DNA of 64,000 bases from the NCBI GenBank assembly GCA_005885245.1, contig VAWR01000059.1, forward strand, positions 12,077 through 76,076. The letters are read 5' to 3'. Of the stretch, positions 29,354 through 38,780 are shown piece by piece. A model generated the notes under the pieces. It was not told the origin of the DNA. It did not search any database and worked only from the letters and a program-made list of their open reading frames with translations. Position 1 is the stretch's first letter. Every line of letters starts with the position of its first letter. The translations under genes were made by a program, and so were the position numbers. This DNA comes from Actinomycetota bacterium (GTDB taxonomy: Bacteria; Actinomycetota; Thermoleophilia; Gaiellales; Gaiellaceae).

Positions 29354-31744
29354 TTAGCCGATGACGAGGTTGACGAGCTTCCGCGGCACGACGATCGTCT
29401 GCCTGATCTCGCCGCCGTTCAGATGCGCCTGCACCTTCGGCGAGGCTTTCGCCCGCGCGACGAGCTCGTCCTCAGGCAGGTCGGCCGGAACCTCGAGGCG
29501 GTCGCGCACCTTTCCGTTCACCTGGACGACGAGCTGGAACGTGTCCTCCTCGAGCATGGTCGGATCGGCCTCCGGCCAGGGCTGCAGCCACAGCCGCTCG
29601 TGTCCGAGCCGCTCCCACAACTCCTCCGCGATGTGCGGGGCGTACGGCTGGATCAGTGACACGGCCGTCTCCGCCGCGAAGGGCGCGGCGGGATCGTCCG
29701 GCGCCTTCACCAGCTCGTTCACCAGCTCCATCACGGCGGCAATCGGGGTGTTGAACTGCTGGCGCCGGCCGAGGTCGTCGCTGACGCGCGCAATCGTCTG
29801 GTGTGTCTTCCGCGCCAAGGCACCGGCTCCCGGGGCGCTGCCTCGCGGCAGCTCCGCTACTTCGACGACGACCCGCCAGAGACGGCGCAGGAAGCGTTGG
29901 ATCCCCTCGACGCCGGACGGGGTCCACTCCATGTCCTGGTCGGCTGGTCCGATGAACAGGATCGAAAGACGCGTCGGATCCGCGCCGTAGGTCTCGACCA
30001 GCTCGTCAGGCGTGGCCGCGCCGCCCACGCGTTTCGAGATCTTTGCGCCGCCCTGCGTGACCCAGCCGTTGCCGAAGAAGCGCTGGAAGGGCTCTCGGTG
30101 GCCGAGCAGGTCGAGATCGTTCAGTGCCTTGACGAAGTAGCGCGCATAGATCATGTGCACGGTCGCGTGGTCCACGCCACCGGTGTAGTGATCCACCGGC
30201 ATCCAGTAATCGGCGATCTCCCGGTCGTAGGGCGCTCGGTCGTTGAGCGGGTCGCAGTAACGGAGGAAGTACCACGACGAGTCGACGAAGGTGTCCATCG
30301 TCTCGACCTCGCGACTGCCCTCCTTGCCGCAGCGCGGGCAGGCGACGCGAACCCAGTCTTCGGCCTGCGCCAGGGGCGGGATCCCCTTGGGCTTGTAATC
30401 CTCGATCTCCGGCAGCAGCACCGGAAGGTCTTCCTCGGGAACAGAAACGATGCCGCACTCGTCGCAGTAGACGATCGGAATCGGACACCCCCAGTAGCGC
30501 TGGCGCGAAAACCCCCAGTCGCGCAGGCGATAGCTCACCGCCGTGCGGCCGCGGCCTCGAGAGCCGAGCCACTCGACGATCGCCCTCACAGCTTCTTCGT
30601 GCGACATTCCGGAGAACTGCGCCGACTCGACGAGCTTTCCGTCCTCGTCGATGACCAGCTTGATCGGCAGATCGAAGCGCTTCGCGAACTCGCCGTCCCG
30701 TTCGTCGTGGGCAGGGACCGCCATGATCGCGCCCGTCCCGTAGTCCATCAGGACGTAATCGGCGATCCAGATGGGCATCTTTGCGTCATCGACCGGGTTC
30801 GTCGCGAAGAAGCCGGTGAAGACGCCTGTCTTGTCGGTTCCGGCCGCGCGCTGCTCCACGGGCCTGGCCCCGACCTTGCGTACGTAGGCTCGGATCTCGT
30901 CGCCGTTCGGAGACCGCTCGGCGAGCCGGTCGACGAGCGGGTGCTCGGGGGCGAGGACGAAGAACGTGGCGCCGAACAGCGTGTCGGCTCGCGTCGTGAA
31001 GACCGGAATGTCGAGATCGAGCTCGTCGACACGGAAGAGGATCTCCGCGCCTTCGGAGCGGCCGATCCAGTTGCGCTGCATCGCCAGGACCCGCTCGGGC
31101 CAGTCCAGCTCCTTCATCTCGTCGAGGAGGTGATCGGCGTAGGCGGTCGTCCGGAAGAACCACTGGTCGAGCTTGCGTGCCTCCACCTCGAAGCCGCAGC
31201 GCTCGCAACGACCGTCTTTCACCTGCTCGTTCGCCAGCACCGTCTGGTCGTTCGGGCACCAATTGACCAGCGCAGCCTTGCGGTACGCGTGTCCGGCCTC
31301 GAACAGCTTCAGGAAGAGCCACTGCGTCCAGCGGTAGTACTCCGGGTCGTGGGTCGAGAACTCGCGCGACCAGTCGATCGCCCAGCCGAGGCGCTTCATC
31401 GTTCGCCGGATCGCCTCGATGTTGCGCTCGACGATGTCGCGGGGATGCTCACCCGCCTTGATCGCGGCGTTCTCGGCCGGCAGGCCGAAGGAGTCGTAAC
31501 CCATCGGACGCAGCACTTCGGAGCCGCTGCGACGGTAGAAATGCGCCAGGACGTCGCCCAGCGTGTACACCAGGACATGGCCGATGTGGAGCCTGCCGGA
31601 GGGATACGGCAGCATCTCCAGGACGTAGTTCTTGCGCTCGTTCCGCGGCGCTCCCGGCTCGGGATTCGGCACCTCGAAGGCGCGGCTCTCCTCCCAGATC
31701 CGCTGCCACTTCGCCTCGATTGTCTGCGGGTCGTATCTGTCCAT
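29354..31744 (-). CDS. leuS: Leucine--tRNA ligase
   Basis: It has MDRYDPQTIEAKWQRIW, a HIGH-type motif (PSGRLHIGH) and a KMSKS-type motif (KISKR). The ATG at 31744 is preceded by GAGGA. The TTG at 31756 in the track is less likely. Confidence 0.95.
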   Translation of the reverse strand: MDRYDPQTIEAKWQRIWEESRAFEVPNPEPGAPRNERKNYVLEMLPYPSGRLHIGHVLVYTLGDVLAHFYRRSGSEVLRPMGYDSFGLPAENAAIKAGEHPRDIVERNIEAIRRTMKRLGWAIDWSREFSTHDPEYYRWTQWLFLKLFEAGHAYRKAALVNWCPNDQTVLANEQVKDGRCERCGFEVEARKLDQWFFRTTAYADHLLDEMKELDWPERVLAMQRNWIGRSEGAEILFRVDELDLDIPVFTTRADTLFGATFFVLAPEHPLVDRLAERSPNGDEIRAYVRKVGARPVEQRAAGTDKTGVFTGFFATNPVDDAKMPIWIADYVLMDYGTGAIMAVPAHDERDGEFAKRFDLPIKLVIDEDGKLVESAQFSGMSHEEAVRAIVEWLGSRGRGRTAVSYRLRDWGFSRQRYWGCPIPIVYCDECGIVSVPEEDLPVLLPEIEDYKPKGIPPLAQAEDWVRVACPRCGKEGSREVETMDTFVDSSWYFLRYCDPLNDRAPYDREIADYWMPVDHYTGGVDHATVHMIYARYFVKALNDLDLLGHREPFQRFFGNGWVTQGGAKISKRVGGAATPDELVETYGADPTRLSILFIGPADQDMEWTPSGVEGIQRFLRRLWRVVVEVAELPRGSAPGAGALARKTHQTIARVSDDLGRRQQFNTPIAAVMELVNELVKAPDDPAAPFAAETAVSLIQPYAPHIAEELWERLGHERLWLQPWPEADPTMLEEDTFQLVVQVNGKVRDRLEVPADLPEDELVARAKASPKVQAHLNGGEIRQTIVVPRKLVNLVIG

Positions 31745-31761
31745 GACCGTCCTCAAGAACG

Positions 31762-31784
31762 AAAAAGCCTCTCGTCTGAGAGGC
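31762..31784 (-). terminator. Intrinsic-terminator-like hairpin plus U-run inside the leuS 5' leader (candidate attenuator)
   Basis: The minus strand reads GCCUCUC-AGAC-GAGAGGC (31784..31767) followed by UUUUU (31766..31762). It lies 17 nt upstream of the leuS ATG, and no upstream minus-strand gene exists for it to terminate. Confidence 0.6.
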
Positions 31785-31826
31785 CGTGGGGAGCCGGCAC
31801 GGCTTTCGCCGCGGTCGCTCCCTTCC

Positions 31827-31847
31827 CTACAGAAGCAGCTCTTTCAT
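31827..31847 (-). promoter_or_regulatory. Candidate leader mini-ORF MKELLL-stop in the leuS leader
   Basis: ATG AAA GAG CTG CTT CTG TAG on the minus strand, with three consecutive Leu codons. It lies 43 nt upstream of the terminator-like hairpin. The only SD-like element is a weak GGGA 5 nt upstream. Confidence 0.4.
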
Positions 31848-31904
31848 CGCGTCCCAAGGGTAACAAAGCGATAGCTTGGCGTCATCCCGTCGAAGGAGGA
31901 TTGC

Positions 31905-32300
31905 ATGGCCGGATACACGGTGCAGAACCTGAAAGAGGTCGAAAACCAGGGCGTGAAGTTCGGGATGGACGAGAGCGATCTGGAGTTTCGGTCTGCGAAG
32001 GTGCCGCTCGACTGCGAGCACTGTGGCGTCTCTTACCTGAAGATCGGCTCAGGTTGGCGCGTGCCGTGGGGCCACACTCACAAGACCCAGGAAGAGATCT
32101 ACATCCTCGTCAACGGCAGTGCCCGGATGAAGATCGACGACGAGCTCGTCGAGATGCAGCCCTTCACGGCGGTTCGCGTGGCGAAGGAGGCGATGCGAGG
32201 GTACGAAGCCGGCCCCGAGGGAGCCGAGCTGATCGTCATCGGCGCGCCGAGAACCGGGTCTGGAGATGCGGACCTCGAGCACAACTGGTGGAGCGACTGA
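31905..32300 (+). CDS. Cupin domain-containing protein
   Basis: The 131-aa protein has a cupin-type pattern (PWGHTHKTQEEIYILVNG ... VRV). A strong SD (GAAGGAGGA) lies 5 nt before the ATG. Confidence 0.7.
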   Translation: MAGYTVQNLKEVENQGVKFGMDESDLEFRSAKVPLDCEHCGVSYLKIGSGWRVPWGHTHKTQEEIYILVNGSARMKIDDELVEMQPFTAVRVAKEAMRGYEAGPEGAELIVIGAPRTGSGDADLEHNWWSD

Positions 32301-33567
32301 CGCGCCGAGGCTGATCGACCTCTTTCCCGCCACGGCCGTCGTCGACGGCGGCGAGCTCCACCTGGGCGGGATGCGCGCGACGACACTGGCCGAGGCCTTC
32401 GGGACACCCCTCGTCGTCTATTGTCGCGAGACGATCCTCGCGCGCGCGCACGCGTACGCGCGTGTGGATCCTGACGCGCTCGTCGTGTACGGGACGAAGG
32501 CGTTTCCGAACATCGCACTGATGCGACTCCTCGCCGCGGAAGGGCTTGGTGCCGATGTCTCCACGCGCGGCGAGCTGGAGTTCGCGTTGCGGGCCGGCGT
32601 CCCGGGCGACCGGCTCGTTTTCCACGGCAACAACAAGTCGGACGAGGAGCTGCGCGCGGCTGCCGCGGCGGGCGCGTTCGTCGTGCTCGATGCACTGGAC
32701 GAAGCGGCACGCGCCCGCGCCGCCGGCGTGCAGACGGTCCTCGTCCGCGTCACGCCCGGAATCGAGGCGGAGACCCATCGGGCGATCCGGACAGCGCACG
32801 CGGAATCGAAGTTCGGCCTCGTGGCCGGTGACGCGGTGGCCGCCGTGCGTGAGGCGCTCGCAGCGGGCCTGGACGTCGCGGGGCTGCACGTGCACATCGG
32901 CTCGCAGCTCACACGCGCGGCCGAGAGTCTGCTCGCGGTCGAACGGCTCGTCGACGTCGCAATGCGCTGCCGGGAAGAGCTCGGCTGGTCGCCGCGGGTC
33001 TTCGACCTCGGCGGAGGCCTCGCCGTGCGCCATTCGCTCGCGGACACCGTGCCCGATGCCGAGGAGTTCGCACGCGAGCTGCTCCTCCGTCTGCGAAGGC
33101 ACTGGCACGAGCCCGCTCAGGCGATCTTCGAACCGGGACGCTCGCTCGTCGGGCAGGCCGGGTTCACGCTCTACCGCATCGGTGTCGTGAAACGCACGGC
33201 GGGCGTCGCGTATGCAGCGATCGACGGGGGCATGTCGGACAACCCGCGGCCGCAGCTGTACGGCTCACGCTACGAGGCGCTGCTTGCGAATCGAGCCGAC
33301 GAGCCCAGCAGCGGCGCGTACCGGATCGCCGGCAAGCATTGCGAGTCGGGAGACGTGCTCATCGACAGCGTCGAGCTTCCCGAGCCGCGACGAGGCGACC
33401 TCCTCGCAGTCCCCGCCACCGGCGCCTACACGCTCGCAATGGCCTCCAACTACAACGGTGTGCCGCGTCCGGCCGCAGTCCTCGTCGCCGACGGAGAAGC
33501 GGAGCTCATCCGCCGTCGCGAGTCGCTGGACGACCTGCTGTCAGCCGAGCCGTCGAATCAGGGTTAA
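32266..33567 (+). CDS. lysA: Diaminopimelate decarboxylase
   Basis: It has an alanine-racemase-fold N-domain (YGTKAFPN with the PLP Lys, HGNNKS), ESKFG, and the C-terminal GKHCESGD and PATGAYT motifs. The ATG at 32266 overlaps the cupin gene by 35 nt; the start is uncertain. Confidence 0.9.
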   Translation: MRTSSTTGGATDAPRLIDLFPATAVVDGGELHLGGMRATTLAEAFGTPLVVYCRETILARAHAYARVDPDALVVYGTKAFPNIALMRLLAAEGLGADVSTRGELEFALRAGVPGDRLVFHGNNKSDEELRAAAAAGAFVVLDALDEAARARAAGVQTVLVRVTPGIEAETHRAIRTAHAESKFGLVAGDAVAAVREALAAGLDVAGLHVHIGSQLTRAAESLLAVERLVDVAMRCREELGWSPRVFDLGGGLAVRHSLADTVPDAEEFARELLLRLRRHWHEPAQAIFEPGRSLVGQAGFTLYRIGVVKRTAGVAYAAIDGGMSDNPRPQLYGSRYEALLANRADEPSSGAYRIAGKHCESGDVLIDSVELPEPRRGDLLAVPATGAYTLAMASNYNGVPRPAAVLVADGEAELIRRRESLDDLLSAEPSNQG

Positions 33568-33607
33568 CCCCCTGGTCGGCGGCTGTCTCTACGCCGATGC
33601 TGAAGCT

Positions 33608-33928
33608 ATGTTCGAATCAGGCATCGGCGCGGGCGTTCGAAGCGATCGCTTCGGGACCTGGTCGCTCATCACCTTCCTGCTCGTCTTCTTGCCGATCTCG
33701 GCGGCGTTCTTCCCGATCGGGCTGGGCCCGCTCGCCTGGGTTCCCGTCATCGCGTGCGTGCTGACGACGCTGTCGGCCATCGGCTGTGGACTCGTCGGAA
33801 TCTTCTCGCGTAGACGGGAACAGCGCCGCGGCGCGTGGCACGGACTGCTCAAGGCTGCGGTGCCGACTCTGGTCGGCGGGTTCTTCGGCTTGGTTTTCCT
33901 CGCGCTCGTCTACGGCAACTGGGAATAG
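33608..33928 (+). CDS. Small membrane protein (3 predicted TM helices), unknown function
   Basis: An ATG at 33608 within track ORF 33212..33928 gives a 106-aa hydrophobic product. I recognise no family. Confidence 0.45.
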   Translation: MFESGIGAGVRSDRFGTWSLITFLLVFLPISAAFFPIGLGPLAWVPVIACVLTTLSAIGCGLVGIFSRRREQRRGAWHGLLKAAVPTLVGGFFGLVFLALVYGNWE

Positions 33929-36264
33929 CCAGCAGCCGCGAAGCCCGGCCGGACGAGCCGCGGCGGCGCGGTGAGGCGGGCGTCCTTCACGGGCGGGTTC
34001 CACGGCTCCGCGAGCGCGGCCGCACCGAAGGAGGCATGTCGGCGCTCGGCCGGCGCGTCGCCGTACAGGGTCGTCCGCTGACGAGGACTGCGCCCGTGCG
34101 AGCGGATCAACTCTTCCATCGCTTCCGGCGGAAGCTCCTGACCGTGCTCGGCGCCGGCCGAGCGGGAGATCGACTCGTTCATCAGAGTCCCACCCAGGTC
34201 GTTGACGCCGGCGCGCAGCGCCGCCCCGACGCCTTCGACTCCGAGCTTGACCCAGGACGCCTGGATGTTCGTGATCCATGGGTGCAGCGCCAACCGGGCC
34301 ACGGCGTGCACGAGGAGCGTCTCGCCGAAGGTCGGACCGGACCGCGCCTGCCCGCGCAGCCACATCGGCGCCTCCATGTGCACGAACGGCAGCGGGACGA
34401 ACTCGGTGAAGCCGCCACTGCGCGCTTGCTGCTCGCGCGCGTGCAGCAGATGGCGGGCCAGATTGCGCGGTCCCTCGACGTGGCCGAACATGATCGTCAT
34501 GTTGGACTGCAGGCCGACACGGTGCGCGACGTCGTGTACCTCGAGCCACTGCGCGGTCGTGACCTTGTCCGGGCAGATCACACGACGCACCTCGTCGTCG
34601 AGGATCTCGGCCGCCGTCCCGGGCAGCGAGCCGAGGCCGGCATCGTGCAACTCGGTGAGGTACGTCTGCAACGGCACGCCGAGGGTGGCGGCGCCCTGCC
34701 AGACCTCGAGTGCGGAGAAGGCGTGCACGTGCAAGTCCGGAACCGCATCCTTGATCGCGCGCACGACCGAGAGGTAGTAGTCGCCGGTGAACGCCGGATG
34801 GATGCCGCCCTGGAGGCAGACCTCGGTCCCGCCGCGCCCCCACGCCTCCTCACAGCGCCGGACGATTTCCCGATGCGGCACGAGGTACGGCGCGCCGCGC
34901 AGGTTCGCAGCCAACTTGCCTTTCGAGAACGCGCAGAAGCCGCAGCGGAAGTAGCAGACGTTGGTGTACTGGATGTTGCGCGTGACGACATAGGTCACCT
35001 CGTCGCCGCAGACGTCGCGCCGGAGCCGGTCGGCGGCGGCAAGCACACGGTCGCGCTCGTTGCCCCGCGCACGGAACAGTCGCACGAGCTCGTCCTCGCC
35101 CAGCTCTGCGCGCGTGGCGATCGGCAGCGCGTCCCGGGGGACGAAAGGAATCGGCACGTCCGCACCCGGCGACCAGTCGTCCTCACGAGCCAGGCCGAGC
35201 GAGTCCGACGCACGCAGCACGGCCGGCAGCACCTTCGGATCCAGCCACTGCCCGGAGATCCACTCCGGGTAGACCGGGAGGCGCGGAGCGAGCTCCAGGC
35301 CACGGCTCTCGGTCGCGGCGCGCAGCCGGTCGAGTGCAGGCCAGGGCGCTTCGGGATTCACGTGGTCGATCGTCACGGGCGAGACGCCGCCCCAGTCGTC
35401 GATCCCCGCGTCGAGCAGGCGCGGGAAGTCCTCGTACGAGAGATTGGGCGGCGCCTGCAGGTGCGCGTCGGCACCCAGCAGAATGCGGGCGACCGCGATC
35501 GTCCACAGCAGCTCCTCGAGCGGAGGCTCCGGCCACGCGGCCATCCGCGTCCCGTCCTTGGCCCGGAAATTCTGGACGATCACCTCCTGGACGTGACCGT
35601 GCCGCTCGCCGAGCTCGCGGATCGCCAGCAGCGCCTCGATGCGTTCCCGGCGCGTCTCGCCGATCCCGATCAGGATTCCGGTCGTGAACGGGACCCGCTC
35701 GCGCCCGGCGCGTTCGAGGGTCTCGAGGCGGCGCGCCGGGAGCTTGTCCGGCGAGCCGAAGTGCGGACCGCCGCGCGCGGACAGCCGCTCGGACGTCGTC
35801 TCCAGCATCAGGCCCATCGACGCGCTGACGCGGCGAAGCTCACGCAAGTCCTCGTGCTCGAGCACGCCCGGATTGAGATGCGGGAGCAGTCCGGTCTCGT
35901 CGAGGACAGCCTCGGCCGCGCGGGCCACGTACTCGAGGGTCGATGCGCACCCGAGCGCCGCGAGCTCCTCGCGGGCCACGCGGTACCGCCGTTCCGGTTT
36001 GTCGCCGAGCGTGAACAGCGCTTCGCGACAACCGACCGCGGCACCGGCGACCGCGACGTCGAGCACCTCTTCGATCGTCAGGTACGCGCGCTCCCCACGT
36101 CGCGGCGGCTGGGCGAAGGTGCAGTAGTGACAGACGTCGCGACAGAGCTTCGTCAGCGGGATGAAGACCTTCGGCGAGTAGGTCACGAGGCGGCCGTGTC
36201 CCTGCTCGCGAAGCGCCCGAGCTTCGGCGCACAGATCCACCAGCGGCCGCTCGAGCAGCTCCAT
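33910..36264 (-). CDS. fbiC: Bifunctional FO synthase FbiC (CofG+CofH; F420 chromophore biosynthesis)
   Basis: The 784-aa protein has two radical-SAM motifs (CRDVCHYCTF and CYFRCGFCAF), the architecture of fused CofG/CofH. Confidence 0.9.
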   Translation of the reverse strand: MELLERPLVDLCAEARALREQGHGRLVTYSPKVFIPLTKLCRDVCHYCTFAQPPRRGERAYLTIEEVLDVAVAGAAVGCREALFTLGDKPERRYRVAREELAALGCASTLEYVARAAEAVLDETGLLPHLNPGVLEHEDLRELRRVSASMGLMLETTSERLSARGGPHFGSPDKLPARRLETLERAGRERVPFTTGILIGIGETRRERIEALLAIRELGERHGHVQEVIVQNFRAKDGTRMAAWPEPPLEELLWTIAVARILLGADAHLQAPPNLSYEDFPRLLDAGIDDWGGVSPVTIDHVNPEAPWPALDRLRAATESRGLELAPRLPVYPEWISGQWLDPKVLPAVLRASDSLGLAREDDWSPGADVPIPFVPRDALPIATRAELGEDELVRLFRARGNERDRVLAAADRLRRDVCGDEVTYVVTRNIQYTNVCYFRCGFCAFSKGKLAANLRGAPYLVPHREIVRRCEEAWGRGGTEVCLQGGIHPAFTGDYYLSVVRAIKDAVPDLHVHAFSALEVWQGAATLGVPLQTYLTELHDAGLGSLPGTAAEILDDEVRRVICPDKVTTAQWLEVHDVAHRVGLQSNMTIMFGHVEGPRNLARHLLHAREQQARSGGFTEFVPLPFVHMEAPMWLRGQARSGPTFGETLLVHAVARLALHPWITNIQASWVKLGVEGVGAALRAGVNDLGGTLMNESISRSAGAEHGQELPPEAMEELIRSHGRSPRQRTTLYGDAPAERRHASFGAAALAEPWNPPVKDARLTAPPRLVRPGFAAAGYSQLP

Positions 36265-36451
36265 CTTCAGGAGCTTACGTTGCGAGCTTGCAGCTACGTA
36301 ACGACCCGACGTAGCTCATGATGCCGATTCGGTTTGCCGGAGGTTTCAGGCTGGCGCCGATCTGCAGGAGCGGAGCGGAAGACAGACGGGCGCACGGGCA
36401 AAGCCCGCACGCCCTCTCTGGTCGGCGCCGCGAGGCGCCTCGGCGCGGGAT

Positions 36452-37510
36452 TCAGACGAGATCGCTCGTCATGATCCCGAGCGCCGCGGCGAGCAGAACA
36501 CAACCTGCTCCGGCCATCGCCATCGACCAGCGCCGCAGCGGCGACGCCGGGGACGCGAGGGTCGCCGCGCCCGCCAGGCCGAGAGTTGCGCCGGCAAACG
36601 TCTCGACGGCCTGGAAAGCGACTCCCGTTGCCAGCGACGTTCCAAGGCCGATGCCGCTGCCGTGCAACGCGAGCGTCGCCGCACCTGCGCCCGCGCCGAA
36701 GTTTCCGGGGGTGAGGGGCAGCAGGCCGGCGAGCGCCATCGTGGTCACGAGCACGACGGCCACCCACAGCGGCCTCGGCACTCCCAAAGCGGCAGCGATC
36801 GCAGCGGCGGCCGCCAGGCGCGCGACGAACGCCAAACCGATCCACCCCGACAGACGCAGCGCCTTCAGGGGCGAGCCTCCGAAGGCACGGAACACTTGCA
36901 ACAGGCTGCCCAGGCGACCGGCCGCGCGGCCACCGAGGCGGAAACAGAGCACGACGCCGCAGATGGCCGCCCCAGCCATGATCGGTGCGGGCCAGAGCGG
37001 GATCCTGCTCCAGAACGCCGCGACCACGATCAGTGCCGCCAGAACGAGAGTGCGCGCGGCAGCGACGAAGGTGCCCACTCCACCGGTGCGCCAGAGCCGA
37101 TCCTTGCCGTCGAGCGTCTGCGCCAGGAGTCCGATCCGCACCGCGCCGCCGAGATGCGCCGGGGCAAGCGCGTTCACGAGCGAGCCGACGGCGTACCGAG
37201 CCGAGACTTCGGTGAAGCCGGCCCTCCCACCGCAAGTCGCGAGACCGGCGCGCCAGGCGCCTGCAGAGCAGAGGAGACCCAGCGCAAAGGAGGCCGCGGC
37301 GAATGCGAGCCAGCCCGGCTGAGCCCGGCCGAGGCTGTCCAGGGCGTTGCCGACCGTGCCTCTGCCGATCCTCGTCGCACCGAGAGCGAGACCGGCCGCG
37401 ACCAGCAGTGCAAGCCCGACCGCGTACGCTCTCGGAGAGCACCAGCGCCTGGGCAGCCGCAGCTCGTCGAAGAGGCCGGCGCGTCTTTCCTCGGCAGACA
37501 CAGTTCTCAC
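36452..37510 (-). CDS. Flippase-like membrane protein (LPG_synthase_TM / UPF0104 family)
   Basis: Polytopic membrane protein with the family-typical SARYAVGSLVNALAPAHLGGAVR segment. GTG 37510 (or 37501) was chosen; upstream of that the track ORF overlaps the divergent gene. Confidence 0.65.
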   Translation of the reverse strand: MRTVSAEERRAGLFDELRLPRRWCSPRAYAVGLALLVAAGLALGATRIGRGTVGNALDSLGRAQPGWLAFAAASFALGLLCSAGAWRAGLATCGGRAGFTEVSARYAVGSLVNALAPAHLGGAVRIGLLAQTLDGKDRLWRTGGVGTFVAAARTLVLAALIVVAAFWSRIPLWPAPIMAGAAICGVVLCFRLGGRAAGRLGSLLQVFRAFGGSPLKALRLSGWIGLAFVARLAAAAAIAAALGVPRPLWVAVVLVTTMALAGLLPLTPGNFGAGAGAATLALHGSGIGLGTSLATGVAFQAVETFAGATLGLAGAATLASPASPLRRWSMAMAGAGCVLLAAALGIMTSDLV

Positions 37511-37574
37511 CGTATCGGCGCCAGATGAGAGGAGCGTTAAGAATCCAAGCCGTCGAAAGCGTTCGCTGCCATCA

Positions 37575-38780
37575 TTGCGGCCGGTGCTAGGTGGACCACC
37601 GAGGCGACGTTCGTTTGTCCGGCTCGGTCCCGTACTCCTGCTGCCGGCCGTCGCGGCGGTCGCCGGGCTCGCGATCTGGAAGCACGACCGGGCGCCGGAC
37701 CCACGCGACCCGCGTCCCGTGCCGCAGGCGATTGAGCGGCCCGTGAATCTCGTGCACCGCCGCCGACCTGCCTCCTCCCGCCGGCTCAACCTCTACGCGT
37801 ACGACCAGGCCGGGATGATCCAGCCGGTCGCCAGGCGCGATCCTGCCCGCGTCTACGTGCCCAACAGCGCCGGAGACTCGGTCGACGTCATCGATCCGCA
37901 CACCTTCAAGATCGTGGATCACTTCGCAGTCGGGGCCCTGCCGCAGCACATCACCCCGTCGCATGACCTGAAGACCCTGTACGTGAACGACGACGTGGGT
38001 AACGCCCTGACACCGATCGATCCCCGTACCGGCCGTCCGGGCCGTCCGGTTCCGGTTGACGATCCGTACAACCTCTACTTCACCCCGAACGGCCGTTACG
38101 CCATCGTCGTGGCCGAGCGTTTGCACCGGCTCGACTTCCGCTCGGCGCATACGCTGAAGCTGGTTCATTCGCTGACCGTCCCCTGCGCAGGCGTCAATCA
38201 CCTCGACTTCTCGCCGACGGGACGTTATGCGATCGCGAGCTGTGAGTTCTCCGGGCGCTTGCTCAAGGTCGACGTGCGCCACTTTCGCGTGCTCGCCGTG
38301 AGATCGCTGCCTCGCAGCTTCGCAGTCCCGCAAGACGTTCGTTCGTCTCCCGACGCAAAGATCTTCTACGTCGCCGACCTTGCGGCAGGCGGCGTCTGGG
38401 AGGTCGATCCGGCACGCTTCAAGATCGTCGGCTTCATCCACACGGGCGCCGGCGCGCACGGGCTCGTCGTCGGCCGCAACGGCAAGGTGCTCTACGTCGC
38501 CAACCGCAATGCAGGCAGCATCTCCGTGATCTCGTTCCGCAAGCGGAAGGTGATTCGCACCTGGCACATACCCGGCGGCGGCAGCCCGGACATGGGCGAT
38601 GTCTCTGCCGACGGTCGGGTGCTCTGGCTGTCTGGCCGTTACAACGCCGAGGTCTATGCGTTGAACACGCGGACCGGGCATCTGCTGGCCCGCATTCCCG
38701 TCGGAGCGAGCCCGCATGGTTTGTGCGTCTGGCCGCAGCCGGGCCGCTACTCGATCGGCCATACGGGCAATATGCGCTGA
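37575..38780 (+). CDS. YncE/YVTN-type beta-propeller repeat protein with N-terminal signal anchor
   Basis: It has repeated propeller blades (YVPNSAGDSVDVIDPHTFKIV, LYVNDDVGNALTPID, FYVADLAAGGVWEVD, LYVANRNAGSISVISF). The hydrophobic anchor LGPVLLLPAVAAVAGLAIW follows RRR. TTG 37575 or GTG 37584 could be the start. Confidence 0.7.
   Translation: MRPVLGGPPRRRSFVRLGPVLLLPAVAAVAGLAIWKHDRAPDPRDPRPVPQAIERPVNLVHRRRPASSRRLNLYAYDQAGMIQPVARRDPARVYVPNSAGDSVDVIDPHTFKIVDHFAVGALPQHITPSHDLKTLYVNDDVGNALTPIDPRTGRPGRPVPVDDPYNLYFTPNGRYAIVVAERLHRLDFRSAHTLKLVHSLTVPCAGVNHLDFSPTGRYAIASCEFSGRLLKVDVRHFRVLAVRSLPRSFAVPQDVRSSPDAKIFYVADLAAGGVWEVDPARFKIVGFIHTGAGAHGLVVGRNGKVLYVANRNAGSISVISFRKRKVIRTWHIPGGGSPDMGDVSADGRVLWLSGRYNAEVYALNTRTGHLLARIPVGASPHGLCVWPQPGRYSIGHTGNMR

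Noticed and set aside
31745-31905. Canonical T-box riboswitch upstream of leuS
   Set aside because: The leader is too short (about 120-160 nt). It lacks a clear Stem I/specifier architecture and has no UGGN acceptor-pairing bulge. GGGAGCGACCGCGG only loosely resembles the T-box consensus. I kept it as an attenuator candidate of another kind; a covariance-model search should make the final call.
37525-37590. 21-codon ORF MRGALRIQAVESVRCHHCGRC with a CxxC motif, whose ATG lies inside a GAGAGGAG-like purine run
   Set aside because: The purine run overlaps the ATG rather than preceding it. The ORF overlaps the likely start region of the beta-propeller gene, and there is no supporting signal. It is probably fortuitous.
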